This document shows positions 40,116 to 49,354 of a stretch of 64,000 nucleotides of DNA, one piece after another. Made by a program: the position numbers and the translations under genes. Position 1 is the stretch's first letter; every line of letters starts with the position of its first letter. The stretch covers positions 2,068 through 66,067 of the forward strand of contig JAGWIM010000001.1 of the NCBI GenBank assembly GCA_028873525.1, given 5' to 3'. This stretch comes from Pseudomonadota bacterium (GTDB lineage Bacteria; Pseudomonadota; Alphaproteobacteria; Rickettsiales; SXRF01). The notes beneath the pieces are model-generated. The model was not told the DNA's origin. It saw only the letters and a list, made by a program, of their open reading frames with translations, and ran no database searches.

Positions 40116-41399
40116 TCATCCGATACTCTTCAATCCGCCCATATAGGGAACTAAAGCATCGGGTATCGCTATCGTACCATTTTCTTGCTGATAATTCTCC
40201 AGTATCGCCACCATCGTGCGGCCAATCGGCAGGCCGGAGCCGTTCAGCGTATGCACGAATTCGTTGCCCCCTTTATTATTTTTCTGGCCGCCCTTGGGCT
40301 TGAACCGCGCCTTCATGCGCCGCGCCTGGAACGCGCCGCAGTTGGAGCAGCTCGAAATCTCGCGGTACGCCCCCTGCCCCGGCAGCCAGACTTCGATGTC
40401 GCAGGTTTTTTCCGCCGAAAATCCCATATCGCCGGTGCATAGCAGCATGACGCGGTAATGCAGCCCGAGTTTTTTAAGAATCGCCTCGGCGCAGGCTGTC
40501 ATCCGTTCATGCTCTTCCTTCGATTTATCGGGGTGGGTGATGGACACCATCTCGACCTTGGAAAACTGGTGCTGGCGAATCATGCCGCGCGTATCCTTGC
40601 CCGCCGCGCCTGCCTCCGAGCGGAAACACGGCGTATAGGCGGTAAACCGCAGCGGCAGTTTTTCCTCATCGAGGATTGAATCGGCGACGAGGTTGGTAAG
40701 AGGAACTTCAGCGGTGGGGATGAGCCAATATCCATCGGTGGTTTTGAATAAATCCTCGCCGAATTTAGGCAATTGCCCCGTGCCATAGACGGCATTGTCG
40801 CGCACCAGAAACGGTGGCACAATTTCAGTATAACCGGCTTGCGTATTCATATCCAAAAAGAAACTCGCCAGCGCCCGTTCCATCCGCGCCAACGCACCTT
40901 TCAAGACAACAAATCGCGAGCCGGAGATTTTCGCCGCCGACTCAAAATCCATCAACCCCAGCGCTTCGCCGAGATCAAAATGTTCCTTGGGTTTGAAAGA
41001 AAGTTCCGGCTTTTTGCCCCACTCGCGTATTTGCTTATTATCCTTCTCACTCTCACCTTCGGGCACATCCTCGGCGGGGATGTTGGGGAGCTTTTCCAAC
41101 AACTCTTCTGCTCCACCTACACCCTCAAAAGCCGCATTTTGTGCAAATTCATCAAGTTCTTTTTTGATATAAGCAGCTTCTTGCAAAGTCGACGTGATAT
41201 CCTCACCTTTGGCTTTAGCCATACCAATTCGCTTTGCAATGGCATTATGCTTGGCTTGCAATTCCTGAAAAGACGTTTGCAAGTGCCGGTCTTCCGCATC
41301 TAGTTCCAAAATTTCTTTTGATTGCGGCTCCAGCCCGCGCTTTTCCATCGCGGCATCGAACGCCTCCGGGTTGGCGCGGATAAATTTTATATCGTGCAT
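40116..41399 (-). CDS. serS: serine--tRNA ligase
   Basis: 427-aa ORF with an N-terminal coiled-coil arm and class II motifs ([15 protein letters not shown]). Confidence 0.95.
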   Translation of the reverse strand: MHDIKFIRANPEAFDAAMEKRGLEPQSKEILELDAEDRHLQTSFQELQAKHNAIAKRIGMAKAKGEDITSTLQEAAYIKKELDEFAQNAAFEGVGGAEELLEKLPNIPAEDVPEGESEKDNKQIREWGKKPELSFKPKEHFDLGEALGLMDFESAAKISGSRFVVLKGALARMERALASFFLDMNTQAGYTEIVPPFLVRDNAVYGTGQLPKFGEDLFKTTDGYWLIPTAEVPLTNLVADSILDEEKLPLRFTAYTPCFRSEAGAAGKDTRGMIRQHQFSKVEMVSITHPDKSKEEHERMTACAEAILKKLGLHYRVMLLCTGDMGFSAEKTCDIEVWLPGQGAYREISSCSNCGAFQARRMKARFKPKGGQKNNKGGNEFVHTLNGSGLPIGRTMVAILENYQQENGTIAIPDALVPYMGGLKSIG

Positions 41400-41402
41400 A
41401 AT

Positions 41403-41849
41403 TTACTCGCCGCGTGAAACAATATCGGGTCCGCCGGATTCAAGCGCCGCAATGAACGCGCCCCGAACGCGGTAGAAAAAACGTTTCGGCAATCGCCCAT
41501 AGACAATAGTTTCCGCATCGCCTCCTGCCGCCATGCGCAAATCCGGCCCCGGCCAGGTAAAGCGATTGGCTTCCGTCAGCATAACCCATGAGCGCATATC
41601 ATCAAGACCAAGCCGGCGTTTCATATCGGCGGGAATTTCCATCGCCGATTCAGCCTGCGAAAGCGAAGGCGGCGTATGCGTAATCGGCAGTACGGTGACA
41701 ATGTCTTTTCCTTCTTCATTTTTGACCAACAGTACAATGGCGCACGGGCGATCCTTCACGCCCTCTTCCTGCCCGCGCTCATGCTCGGCATTCCACAAGT
41801 AGAAATAGCGGATGACGTACGCTTCTTGCGGTTGCGGGAACAAAATCAC
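41403..41849 (-). CDS. putative toxin partner of the Phd/YefM antitoxin (MazF/PemK-fold-like)
   Basis: 148 aa. 4-nt overlap with the upstream antitoxin ORF. YFYLWNAEHERGQEEGVKDRPCAIVLLV resembles the MazF-type ...RPAVVL strand. Family assignment is uncertain. Confidence 0.5.
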   Translation of the reverse strand: MILFPQPQEAYVIRYFYLWNAEHERGQEEGVKDRPCAIVLLVKNEEGKDIVTVLPITHTPPSLSQAESAMEIPADMKRRLGLDDMRSWVMLTEANRFTWPGPDLRMAAGGDAETIVYGRLPKRFFYRVRGAFIAALESGGPDIVSRGE

Positions 41850-42103
41850 TCACCCCATTCATGGTCGAGACCTTCCGCCTCGAGAGCCGCTTGCGCTTTC
41901 TTCAAATCCTCAATATCCTTCTCGGTGAAATCGGCCGGCGTCATCACCTGCCGGTCGCGGCGCTTAAGGCGCTGGTATTCTTCCGTTGACATAAACACAA
42001 TGCGCCCGCGGCCGTTTTTGGTCATCGTCACCGGCTCGACCAGCGCCTTATCCGTATAAAGACCAAAATTACGCTGAAATTCTACTGAAGATACGGTTTC
42101 CAT
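41846..42103 (-). CDS. Phd/YefM-family antitoxin
   Basis: 85 aa. The N-terminus METVSSVEFQRNFGLYTDKALVEPVTMTKNGRGRIVFMSTEEYQRL matches the Phd/YefM pattern. RBS GGAGG. Confidence 0.7.
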   Translation of the reverse strand: METVSSVEFQRNFGLYTDKALVEPVTMTKNGRGRIVFMSTEEYQRLKRRDRQVMTPADFTEKDIEDLKKAQAALEAEGLDHEWGE

Positions 42104-42117
42104 AATTCCTCCATAAG

Positions 42118-42149
42118 CTATGTATTATACATAGTATACGTATACTATG
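42118..42149. promoter_or_regulatory. overlapping palindromes: candidate operator/promoter of the Phd-toxin operon
   Basis: Perfect 20-bp palindrome CATAGTATACGTATACTATG (42130-42149) overlapping the 17-bp palindrome CTATGTATTATACATAG (42118-42134). They lie 15-46 nt upstream of the antitoxin ATG and overlap the tatC stop. Confidence 0.5.
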
Positions 42150-42906
42150 TAGGTATGTCAACAGGCTTTCCCATATTCCTGCACACGAAAATCGATATTT
42201 CATACAACAGGTACAGCGGAACCGAAAGCGCAATCTGGCTGAAAATGTCCGGCGGGGTAATGAAAGCGGCTATGGTAACGATAATCACCACCGCATAGCG
42301 CCGCCCGCGCTTCAGCGTCTCCAGCGACAGAATACCCGCCCGCACCAGCAGCACCAGCACCACCGGCAATTGGAACGACAGGCCGAAAGCGATAATCAGG
42401 TGCATGGCGATGTTGAGGTAATCGCCGACGCGCGCCTCCAGTTGAATGGGCAGCGCGCCGAGGATGGCCGGACTTTCAAAACTCAGGAAAAACCGCCACG
42501 CCGCCGGAAAAATCACGTAATAAGCAAACGCCGCGCCGCCGATAAACAACAGCGGCGAAGCAACAAGATAGGGGATGAACGCCCGCCGCTCGCGCTGGTA
42601 AAGCCCAGGCGCAAGGAATCGGTAAAGCTGCATTGCGATCACCGGAAACGACAGCATAAATCCGCCAAACACCGCCAGTTTCAGGTAAGCGAGAAAAGGC
42701 TCGGTCAGGCTGGTATAAATCAGCCGCCGGTGCTCAGGATTAGGGAACGCTTCGGCCAGCGGCCGCACGAGAATGGCGTAAATATCGCCCGCCACCAGGT
42801 AACATAAAACCGTCGCTGCGAGAAACGCCAGCAGGCAGACAACCAGGCGGCGGCGCAGCTCAATCAGGTGGTCGATGATGGGTTGCCGGGGGAGGTCGAT
42901 GGTCAT
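42145..42906 (-). CDS. tatC: twin-arginine translocase subunit TatC
   Basis: 253 aa with six TM helices. HLIELRRRL N-terminus and a TPPD block. Confidence 0.9.
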   Translation of the reverse strand: MTIDLPRQPIIDHLIELRRRLVVCLLAFLAATVLCYLVAGDIYAILVRPLAEAFPNPEHRRLIYTSLTEPFLAYLKLAVFGGFMLSFPVIAMQLYRFLAPGLYQRERRAFIPYLVASPLLFIGGAAFAYYVIFPAAWRFFLSFESPAILGALPIQLEARVGDYLNIAMHLIIAFGLSFQLPVVLVLLVRAGILSLETLKRGRRYAVVIIVTIAAFITPPDIFSQIALSVPLYLLYEISIFVCRNMGKPVDIPT

Positions 42907-42944
42907 GGGGCAAAGATAACATACTGATTAAATTATCAAACGGC

Positions 42945-42964
42945 AATTGTCATTAAATTGTCAT
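42945..42964. promoter_or_regulatory. tandem direct repeat AATTGTCAT-TA-AATTGTCAT (11-bp phase)
   Basis: Lies in the divergent region between the tatC start (42906) and the 43044 ORF. The reverse complement, TGACAATT x2, matches the core of 60961-60982. Confidence 0.35.
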
Positions 42965-43043
42965 ACGCGAATCTCTAATATTCGTGCTATCGTATAAGAC
43001 AGTGTTATTATTTAATTTCTAGCCCAAATAAGGGGTGCTTGTC

Positions 43044-43511
43044 ATGCCATTCAGAAACGGCAAAATTGCAGGTGTGCTCAATAACAGTGATTCAAGCACC
43101 AATGAGATGAGTTATGTCGATATGCACGACCTGCATCCTGATAACGTGCAGGCTGCGCAGGTGCATGGCGCAGTAGATGGTGCTATGTCAGGCGCAACGT
43201 TAGCAGCCATACCAGCAGCACTGATGTCGTTTGGAACCGAAACTGTAATTGAGGAAGGAGCCGAGCATCTTCACTTCAACCTCAAAAATGGGAAGATTGG
43301 TGCTGCAATTATTGCATTAGGTGCTGTTGTAATGGGCGCAGTTCGTTCGTTTACTGCCAAGAAAGAAGCTGAAACCCATAACGCATGGTCTGAGCGTGTC
43401 TTATCGCGCATGGAACAGCGGGAAGCAGTTGAGGCTGAGGCTAAACATGCCGCCGCTGTTATAACTCAGCGTGAACAAGCTGCACAGGGTACGCAGCAAG
43501 CAGGTAAATAA
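43044..43511 (+). CDS. hypothetical Gly/Ala-zipper membrane protein
   Basis: 155 aa from the ATG at 43044 (AAGGGG 8 nt upstream); the tracked GTG is at 43035. AT-richer than its flanks. Has GAVDGAMSGATLAAIPAALMSFG and IGAAIIALGAVVMGAV segments and an Ala/Glu/Gln-rich tail. Confidence 0.4.
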   Translation: MPFRNGKIAGVLNNSDSSTNEMSYVDMHDLHPDNVQAAQVHGAVDGAMSGATLAAIPAALMSFGTETVIEEGAEHLHFNLKNGKIGAAIIALGAVVMGAVRSFTAKKEAETHNAWSERVLSRMEQREAVEAEAKHAAAVITQREQAAQGTQQAGK

Positions 43512-43535
43512 CCAACAAGAGATGCAAACATTTAA

Positions 43536-44268
43536 GGGTCAAGACTACTTGAGCGGGTTATTACGGAGTAATGATAACAGTATTTTATAGATGTTGTCAT
43601 TACGATGATTATAGCGGAACTCGGTTTCTTTAAGATGCAGGTAGAAGGTTGATTTCGCCATACCCCTGAACTTTGCAAGTCGTACTTTTGCGATACCCCA
43701 GAAGCCTTCAATGCCATTGACATGAGTGTGCCCTCTGGCGAATTCATCCTTGCCGTGATCGACCCGGAAGTGGCCGTAGCCAATGTCTACCAAGCCGTTA
43801 TATCCTCTCCAGCCGTCCGAGTTGACAACGGACTCCGCCGCCACCTTTCCTCGGATAATGGCTTGCAGCGTTGATTTGGAGCAATCCGGCACGATCTCGG
43901 TGTACACATGGCCGTTGCGTTCGTAGATGCCAAACACCGTGGTTTTGCCGTAAGCGCCTCGGCCACGCTTGCCCTTCACCCGGCGAGCACCGAACCATGA
44001 TTCGTCCACTTCCACCGTGCCGCTGAATGGAAATTGTTCCTCGCAATAGGCGGCAATGTGCTCACGAATGCCTTGCAGATACCGATTCACCGTGTTGCGA
44101 TTCAGCCCCGTCAGATAGGCAATTTGCGTTGCCATCAGGTCAGCCGAAAACAGCTTAACCAACATCCGAAATTGCTTCTCTGAAATGCGGGAACGAAATT
44201 TATACTTGCTCTTCTGCGCCATCACTAGCTTGTAGCATACTTCCTATATGCTCAAGTAGTCTTGACCC
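43536..44268 (-). mobile_element. IS1595-family insertion sequence (733 bp), apparently intact
   Basis: Perfect 19-bp terminal inverted repeats GGGTCAAGACTACTTGAGC (43536-43554 and 44250-44268). 8-bp direct target duplication ACATTTAA (43528-43535 and 44269-44276). Single transposase ORF. Confidence 0.85.
43545..44225 (-). CDS. IS1595-family (ISXO2-like) DDE transposase
   Basis: 226 aa. VEVDESWFGARRVKGKRGRGAYGKTTVFGIYERNGHVYTEIVPDCS...DGWRGYNGL...HVNGIEGFWGIAKVRLAKFRG is characteristic. An ATG is at 44222. Confidence 0.85.
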   Translation of the reverse strand: MMAQKSKYKFRSRISEKQFRMLVKLFSADLMATQIAYLTGLNRNTVNRYLQGIREHIAAYCEEQFPFSGTVEVDESWFGARRVKGKRGRGAYGKTTVFGIYERNGHVYTEIVPDCSKSTLQAIIRGKVAAESVVNSDGWRGYNGLVDIGYGHFRVDHGKDEFARGHTHVNGIEGFWGIAKVRLAKFRGMAKSTFYLHLKETEFRYNHRNDNIYKILLSLLRNNPLK

Positions 44269-44276
44269 ACATTTAA

Positions 44277-44558
44277 TTATGCCTCTTCTTTCTTCTTCGG
44301 CATTTCATATATCTCGTACATTTTACCATCATCGCCACGGATCATTTTAACGTCGTGTTTGAATTCCTCAGCGGACTCATTGAGTCCCGCTTCGCGGCCC
44401 AGCTCATCAAAAGACTGCCGCACTTCATTGCCCAGTTGCCGCACGCCGCGCATCGCTTTGGCAACGCCGCGCAGCACCGCCGGCAATTCCTTCGGCCCGA
44501 TGAACACGACGGCGACGATGACAATCAGCGCCAGCTCAGCGAATGAGAAATCGAACAT
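44277..44558 (-). CDS. tatB: twin-arginine translocase subunit TatB
   Basis: 93 aa. MFDFSFAELALIVIVAVVFIGPKELP N-terminus followed by an amphipathic helix. Confidence 0.75.
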   Translation of the reverse strand: MFDFSFAELALIVIVAVVFIGPKELPAVLRGVAKAMRGVRQLGNEVRQSFDELGREAGLNESAEEFKHDVKMIRGDDGKMYEIYEMPKKKEEA

Positions 44559-44569
44559 AGCACTCCCTT

Positions 44570-44705
44570 GTCATCCCCGCGCAGGCGGGGATCCAGTAGC
44601 GCCGCGCGTGTCCGCCGAAGCCTTGGCGAAGGCGGATCTGCGGCGCGGAAGAATCTATACCACGCCTACGGCGCTTTGCTGGATTCCCGCCTTCGCGGGA
44701 ATGAC
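44570..44705. repeat. 136-bp MITE-like element with hairpin termini
   Basis: gtcatccccgcgcaggcggggatccag ... ctggattcccgccttcgcgggaatgac. Fills the tatA-tatB spacer. Same ends as 50685-50789. Confidence 0.65.
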
Positions 44706-44709
44706 AATA

Positions 44710-44880
44710 TTATGGTTTATCCTTCGGCTCGGCGTTGCCTTCTTCCTCCCCCTTAAGCCCCTCGCGCAGGTTACGGATGCCCTTGCCGACGTCGCCCATC
44801 ACCTTGGGCAGCCTTCCGGCGCCGAAAATAACCAGCACGACGATTAAAATAAGCAGCAGATGCAAGAAACTCAGTCCCAT
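44710..44880 (-). CDS. tatA: twin-arginine translocase subunit TatA
   Basis: Hand translation gives MGLSFLHLLLILIVVLVIFGAGRLPKVMGDVGKGIRNLREGLKGEEEGNAEPKDKP (56 aa). Below the ORF-track cut-off. Confidence 0.8.
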   Translation of the reverse strand: MGLSFLHLLLILIVVLVIFGAGRLPKVMGDVGKGIRNLREGLKGEEEGNAEPKDKP

Positions 44881-44904
44881 TGTTTTTTCCTTTCCACAAA
44901 AATC

Positions 44905-44997
44905 GGATGACCGGATAACCGGATTTGATGATACAGTAATATCATAATAAAAAATAAAAAATCATTTTTATCCGGTCGTCCGGTTATCCGGTCATCC
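44905..44997 (-). terminator. 19-bp perfect inverted repeat with a 55-nt AT-rich loop: candidate terminator of the M50 protease gene, upstream of tatA
   Basis: GGATGACCGGATAACCGGA (44905-44923) pairs with TCCGGTTATCCGGTCATCC (44979-44997). On the minus-strand transcript the second arm is followed by GATTTTTG. The right arm overlaps the protease stop codon. Confidence 0.45.
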
Positions 44998-45666
44998 TCT
45001 TACCGCCCCGTTCCCCGTCAGCCATAATATCTTCTCGATGAGTCCAAACACCGGCGCCGCCAGCGCGCTTTGCAGCAGGTTAACGCCAAAAAGCGGCGGT
45101 ACCATCAGCACAAGCAGCACGATGGCGATGCCCCGGCGCTCCAGCCGGTCGAACAGCCGCCTCGCCCCGCCGGTCAGCAGCGATGCCAGCACCCGCCCGC
45201 CGTCCAGCGGCAGAATCGGGATCATATTGAACACCGCCAGCGCGCAGTTAGCCATCACCGAAATGTCGAGGCTCTTAAACAGGAGGGGCGCCCGCTCCGG
45301 CACCACCAGCATGTCCAGGTGCATGAGCAGCCCGCTGACGAGCGCAAGGCAGATATTCGTTCCCGGCCCGGCCGCCGCCGTCATCAACATGCCAAGGCGC
45401 GGCGGGCGCAGGCGGTAAAAATTGACCGGCACCGGCTTGGCATAGCCGAAAATAAACGGCGCGTGCGTGAAAAACAGCAGACCGGGAAGAATCACCGTGC
45501 CGAACCTGTCGATATGCCTGAGCGGATTGAACGTCACGCGCCCCAGCAGCCGCGCCGTATTATCGCCGTAGCGCTCGGCCATCCAGCCGTGCGCCGCCTC
45601 ATGCAGCGTCACCGCCAGCACCACCGGCACCACCCACGCCAGTGCATCGGAAAACCAGTTCATCAC
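44992..45666 (-). CDS. site-2 protease family (peptidase M50) zinc metalloprotease
   Basis: 224 aa, polytopic, with HEAAHG (HExxH) in the first TM region and PILPLDGG. Confidence 0.75.
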   Translation of the reverse strand: MMNWFSDALAWVVPVVLAVTLHEAAHGWMAERYGDNTARLLGRVTFNPLRHIDRFGTVILPGLLFFTHAPFIFGYAKPVPVNFYRLRPPRLGMLMTAAAGPGTNICLALVSGLLMHLDMLVVPERAPLLFKSLDISVMANCALAVFNMIPILPLDGGRVLASLLTGGARRLFDRLERRGIAIVLLVLMVPPLFGVNLLQSALAAPVFGLIEKILWLTGNGAVRG

Positions 45667-46688
45667 GCTTTCTCAGACAGCAATCGGCCGACCGTTTCAC
45701 GCGCCTCCGCCGCATCGAACGGCGCGGGCAGGCCGACTGACCGCATCGCCGCCTCGGCGCGCGCGCGCGATCCATCCGCCAACGGCGTTACGCCCTCGGC
45801 GACAGCAATCATTTCCTTCATTTCGCCGTTGCAGTGCAGTACAATGTCGCAGCCGGCGGCCAGCGCCTCGCGCGTGCAGCGGGCAACGCCGCCGTGCAGC
45901 GCCTTCATCGAAATGTCGTCCGACATCAAAAGCCCCTGAAAGCCGATGTCCTCGCGAATGAGATCAATCACTTTCGGCGATAAGGTCGCCATACGATCAC
46001 CGTCGATGGCGGCATAAACGACATGCGCCGTCATGCCCATCGGCAAATTGGCCAGCGCCGCGAACGGGGCGAAGTCGGTGGCACGCAACGTATCCGGCGG
46101 CGTCTGCACCACCGGCAATTCTTTGTGACTGTCGGCCTGCGCCCGCCCGTGACCGGGAATGTGCTTGAGCACCGGCACGATGCCGCCGTCCATCAATCCG
46201 GTGGCTTGCGCCCGCGCCAGGCAAATGACCTGTTCGGGATCATGCCCGAAGGCGCGGTCGCCGATGACATCGTGCGCGCCCCTCACCGGCACATCGGCCA
46301 CCGGCGCGCAATTGACGGTGATGCCCAGCGCATATAAATCCTGCGCAATGAGCCGGGCATTAAGATAAACGGCGCGGCGGGCAGCTTCGCGGTCACGCCC
46401 GTAAAGCGCCGCAAACGCCCCGGCGGAAGGATATTCCGGCCAGTGCGGCGGTTTGAGGCGGGCTACGCGCCCACCTTCCTGGTCGATAAGAATCGGCAGC
46501 CGCTCGCGACCACTGACCTCGCGCAGGTCGCGTACCAGTTTTTTGACCTGCTGCGGCGATTCGCAGTTGCGGGCGAACAGGATGTAGCCATATGGGTTGA
46601 CCTCGGAAAAAAGCCGCTGTTCGCCGGAAGTCAGGCGATGGCCGCTCATGCCGTAAATGACGGCGGCAGGGGCATGGGGCATAATCAA
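45663..46688 (-). CDS. nagZ: beta-N-acetylhexosaminidase
   Basis: 341 aa, GH3 N-terminal domain blocks (IDQEGGRV, KHIPGHG, MSDDISM). Confidence 0.85.
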   Translation of the reverse strand: MIMPHAPAAVIYGMSGHRLTSGEQRLFSEVNPYGYILFARNCESPQQVKKLVRDLREVSGRERLPILIDQEGGRVARLKPPHWPEYPSAGAFAALYGRDREAARRAVYLNARLIAQDLYALGITVNCAPVADVPVRGAHDVIGDRAFGHDPEQVICLARAQATGLMDGGIVPVLKHIPGHGRAQADSHKELPVVQTPPDTLRATDFAPFAALANLPMGMTAHVVYAAIDGDRMATLSPKVIDLIREDIGFQGLLMSDDISMKALHGGVARCTREALAAGCDIVLHCNGEMKEMIAVAEGVTPLADGSRARAEAAMRSVGLPAPFDAAEARETVGRLLSEKA

Positions 46689-47500
46689 TGCACCGGAACG
46701 ATGCAGGCCTGATGGCTTGCCGCCAGTTTTTTGCAGAACGATCCGGCTTCAGCGTTAGTGGAAAACCCGCCGAGGCGCAGGCGGTAATAAACGCCGCGCT
46801 TGCCGAGATTGGCCTTGATGAAAACCGCGTCCTTGCTGGAGAGCCAGGCGTGCTTCTTCTGCATCGCCCGCCAGGCGTCACTGGCTTCCCGTTCCGAGCG
46901 ATAGGCGCCAAGCTGCACCTGGACACCGGCGGCGACCGGCGCTTTTTTCACCGGATGAGAAATCTCGGCAGGCTTCTTTTCCGGTACGGCACGGGGTTTG
47001 GCCGACACCGGCATGGGGGTGATAATCTGCGGCCCGGGAGCAGCGGACGGCGCTTCCTTCCCCTCAGCCGCGGCAGCTACTTTTGTTTCCACGGCGGCGG
47101 ACGGGACGGATGGTTCGGATGCGTCCGGCAACTTGTTATTAATCCAGGCGGCAGTGCCTTTATCCGCAGGCGCCGGTTCTTCCGGCGGCGGCAACACGCG
47201 TTCGACCTTGGGCGGCACCGGCGCGCCATTGAAAGTCTCGAAAATCGTTTTGTCCTGATCGGGGAATTGCATCCCGCCCGGATCGCTCGGCTTTTCCTTG
47301 ATTGGCGTTTTATCGGCCTCGACCACCAGCAGGTCGTCGTTCTTCAGCGACTGCATTCCGGCATGATAGGCATACCAGGCCAGCGCCACGAACCCCGACA
47401 CCACGGCGAACACCACCGCCGCCGGCAGCCAGCGCGCCGTCGGGCTGGAGTTATCGTCATCGACGATAATCAGATCTTTGACATTGTCCTCTTCCTGCAT
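46685..47500 (-). CDS. SPOR domain-containing protein
   Basis: The ATG at 47500 shares one nt with the argS stop (TGATG). One TM helix, a Pro/Ala-rich linker, and a C-terminal SPOR-like block (VQVQLGAYRSEREASDAW...YYRLRLGGFSTNAEAGSFC). Confidence 0.7.
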   Translation of the reverse strand: MQEEDNVKDLIIVDDDNSSPTARWLPAAVVFAVVSGFVALAWYAYHAGMQSLKNDDLLVVEADKTPIKEKPSDPGGMQFPDQDKTIFETFNGAPVPPKVERVLPPPEEPAPADKGTAAWINNKLPDASEPSVPSAAVETKVAAAAEGKEAPSAAPGPQIITPMPVSAKPRAVPEKKPAEISHPVKKAPVAAGVQVQLGAYRSEREASDAWRAMQKKHAWLSSKDAVFIKANLGKRGVYYRLRLGGFSTNAEAGSFCKKLAASHQACIVPVH

Positions 47501-49254
47501 CAGCGCATTTCCTCCACCGGCTCTACGCCCAATACCATTAAACCGGATGCAATGACAAGCGAAACGGCACAAGCCAGTACAATCCGCGCTGCCGTCAGCC
47601 CGATATTGTCCTCCACCAGAAAGCGCCGGGCCGGGTCGTCGTTACCGGCGGTCCACAGCCCGTGGAAGGCCGCCGCCAGCTCCTGGAGATAAAAGGCGAC
47701 GCGGTGCGGCTCCAGGCTCAGCGCCGCCTGTTCGACCAGCCGCGGCCAATTGCACATCAGGCGCATCAGCGCCAGTTCCTCCGGCCCGGAAAGATTCGCC
47801 AGCAATCCGGGCGCCGGCGCGGAAGCCATCGTCATGGCGTCCGGCATATCGGCTTTCGCGCGGCGGATGACCGAGCGGGCGCGGGCATGGGCGTACTGCA
47901 CGTAATAGACCGGGTTGTCGCGCGACTGCTCCATGACCCTGGTGAAATCGAAGTCGAGCGGCGCATCGTTCTTGCGCGTCAGCATGATGAAGCGGAACAC
48001 GTCCCTGCCAACCTCATCCACCACTTCGCGCACGGTAACGAACGTCCCGGCGCGCTTGGACATTTTCAGCGGCTCGCCGCCCCGCATGAACTTGACGAGT
48101 TGGCACAGCTTCACTTCAAGCGTCACCTTACCATCCGACAATGCCTGCACCGCCGCTTTGATACGCTTGGCATACCCGCCGTGGTCGGCGCCCAGCACGT
48201 CGATCAGCAAATCGAAGCCGCGCTTGCATTTATCGAAATGGTAGGCGATGTCGGGCGCGAAATAGGTCCAGCTGCCGTCGGATTTTTTCACCGGCCTATC
48301 GCAATCGTCGCCAAATCGCGTCGAGCGGAATAAGGTCTGTTCACGCGGCTCCCAGTCTTCCGGCGTTTTGCCCTTGGGCGGCTCCAGCACGCCTTTGTAG
48401 ATCAGCCCCTTGCCCTCTAACATAGCAATGGCCTTATCCACCTCCCCCACTTCCGTGATGGCTCGCTCCGAGGAAAACACGTTATGTTTGATGCCAAGTG
48501 CAGCTAAATCGTCTTTGATTAAATCCATCATGGCACCGATGGTAAAACTCCGTATTTCTGGCAACCATTTTTCCATTGGTTCATCAGCAAACGTTGCTCC
48601 ATATTTTTCCCTCAATGCCTTTCCCACAGGAATAAGATACTCACCCGGATAAAGGCCGTCGGTCATTGCTCCTGCGGGTTTGCCTAATGCTTCTTCGTAA
48701 CGGACATACGCCGACTCGGCGAGCTTATCCACCTGCGCGCCGGCATCGTTGATGTAATATTCCTTGGTAACTTCGTAGCCGGCTTTTTCCAGCAGCGTCG
48801 TCAGCGCATCGCCATAGACCGCGCCGCGCCCATGTCCGACATGCAATGGCCCGGTGGGATTGGCCGAGACATACTCGACATTGACGCGCCGCCCCTGCCC
48901 CATGTCCGAATTGCCATAATCGACGCCGGTTTCGATGATGCCGAACAGCGTTTCCTGCCAGATGGAAGGCGCCAGCGTCAGGTTGATAAACCCCGGCCCG
49001 GCAATTTCGGCCTTGGTGACACACGGCAGCGCTTTGATGCGCTCCAGCAACAGTGCGGCAATCTCTTTCGGGTTGCCCTTCACCTGCGCCGCGATGATCA
49101 AGGCGGCGTTGGTGGCGATTTCGCCATGCGCCTCCTCTTTCGACGGCATCGCCTCGACGGCTTTCGCATCGGCCCCGGCGGACAGCCTGCCCTCCGCCTT
49201 CAACGCTTCAATAACTATATGAAGTTCACGTTCTATCTTTTTGTAGATATTCAT
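47500..49254 (-). CDS. argS: arginine--tRNA ligase
   Basis: 584-aa ORF with a class I HIGH-type motif ([12 protein letters not shown]) and an MSKRAG (KMSKS-like) motif. Confidence 0.95.
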   Translation of the reverse strand: MNIYKKIERELHIVIEALKAEGRLSAGADAKAVEAMPSKEEAHGEIATNAALIIAAQVKGNPKEIAALLLERIKALPCVTKAEIAGPGFINLTLAPSIWQETLFGIIETGVDYGNSDMGQGRRVNVEYVSANPTGPLHVGHGRGAVYGDALTTLLEKAGYEVTKEYYINDAGAQVDKLAESAYVRYEEALGKPAGAMTDGLYPGEYLIPVGKALREKYGATFADEPMEKWLPEIRSFTIGAMMDLIKDDLAALGIKHNVFSSERAITEVGEVDKAIAMLEGKGLIYKGVLEPPKGKTPEDWEPREQTLFRSTRFGDDCDRPVKKSDGSWTYFAPDIAYHFDKCKRGFDLLIDVLGADHGGYAKRIKAAVQALSDGKVTLEVKLCQLVKFMRGGEPLKMSKRAGTFVTVREVVDEVGRDVFRFIMLTRKNDAPLDFDFTRVMEQSRDNPVYYVQYAHARARSVIRRAKADMPDAMTMASAPAPGLLANLSGPEELALMRLMCNWPRLVEQAALSLEPHRVAFYLQELAAAFHGLWTAGNDDPARRFLVEDNIGLTAARIVLACAVSLVIASGLMVLGVEPVEEMR

Positions 49255-49256
49255 TT

Positions 49257-49283
49257 ATCCCCGCACCTGTTGCGGGGTCTGGT
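49257..49283. repeat. 27-nt hairpin element ATCCCCGCACCTGTTGCGGGGTCTGGT
   Basis: Lies immediately 5' of the argS start codon. A 26/27-identical copy is at 63906-63932, inside acs. Confidence 0.6.
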
Positions 49284-49354
49284 CTTCAGAAACCGCTCAT
49301 CCCGCCAATATATCATGTAATCCTTAAAACCGGCCCCCGCAATGAATGCGGGGC

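Noticed and set aside
44359-44847. 162-aa plus-strand ORF, together with 44568-44756 and 50607-50831, containing PRAGGDPV / IPAKAGIQ peptides.
   Set aside because: These frames are opened by translating the palindromic MITE copies, and they lie antisense to tatA/tatB or in intergenic repeats. They are not genes.
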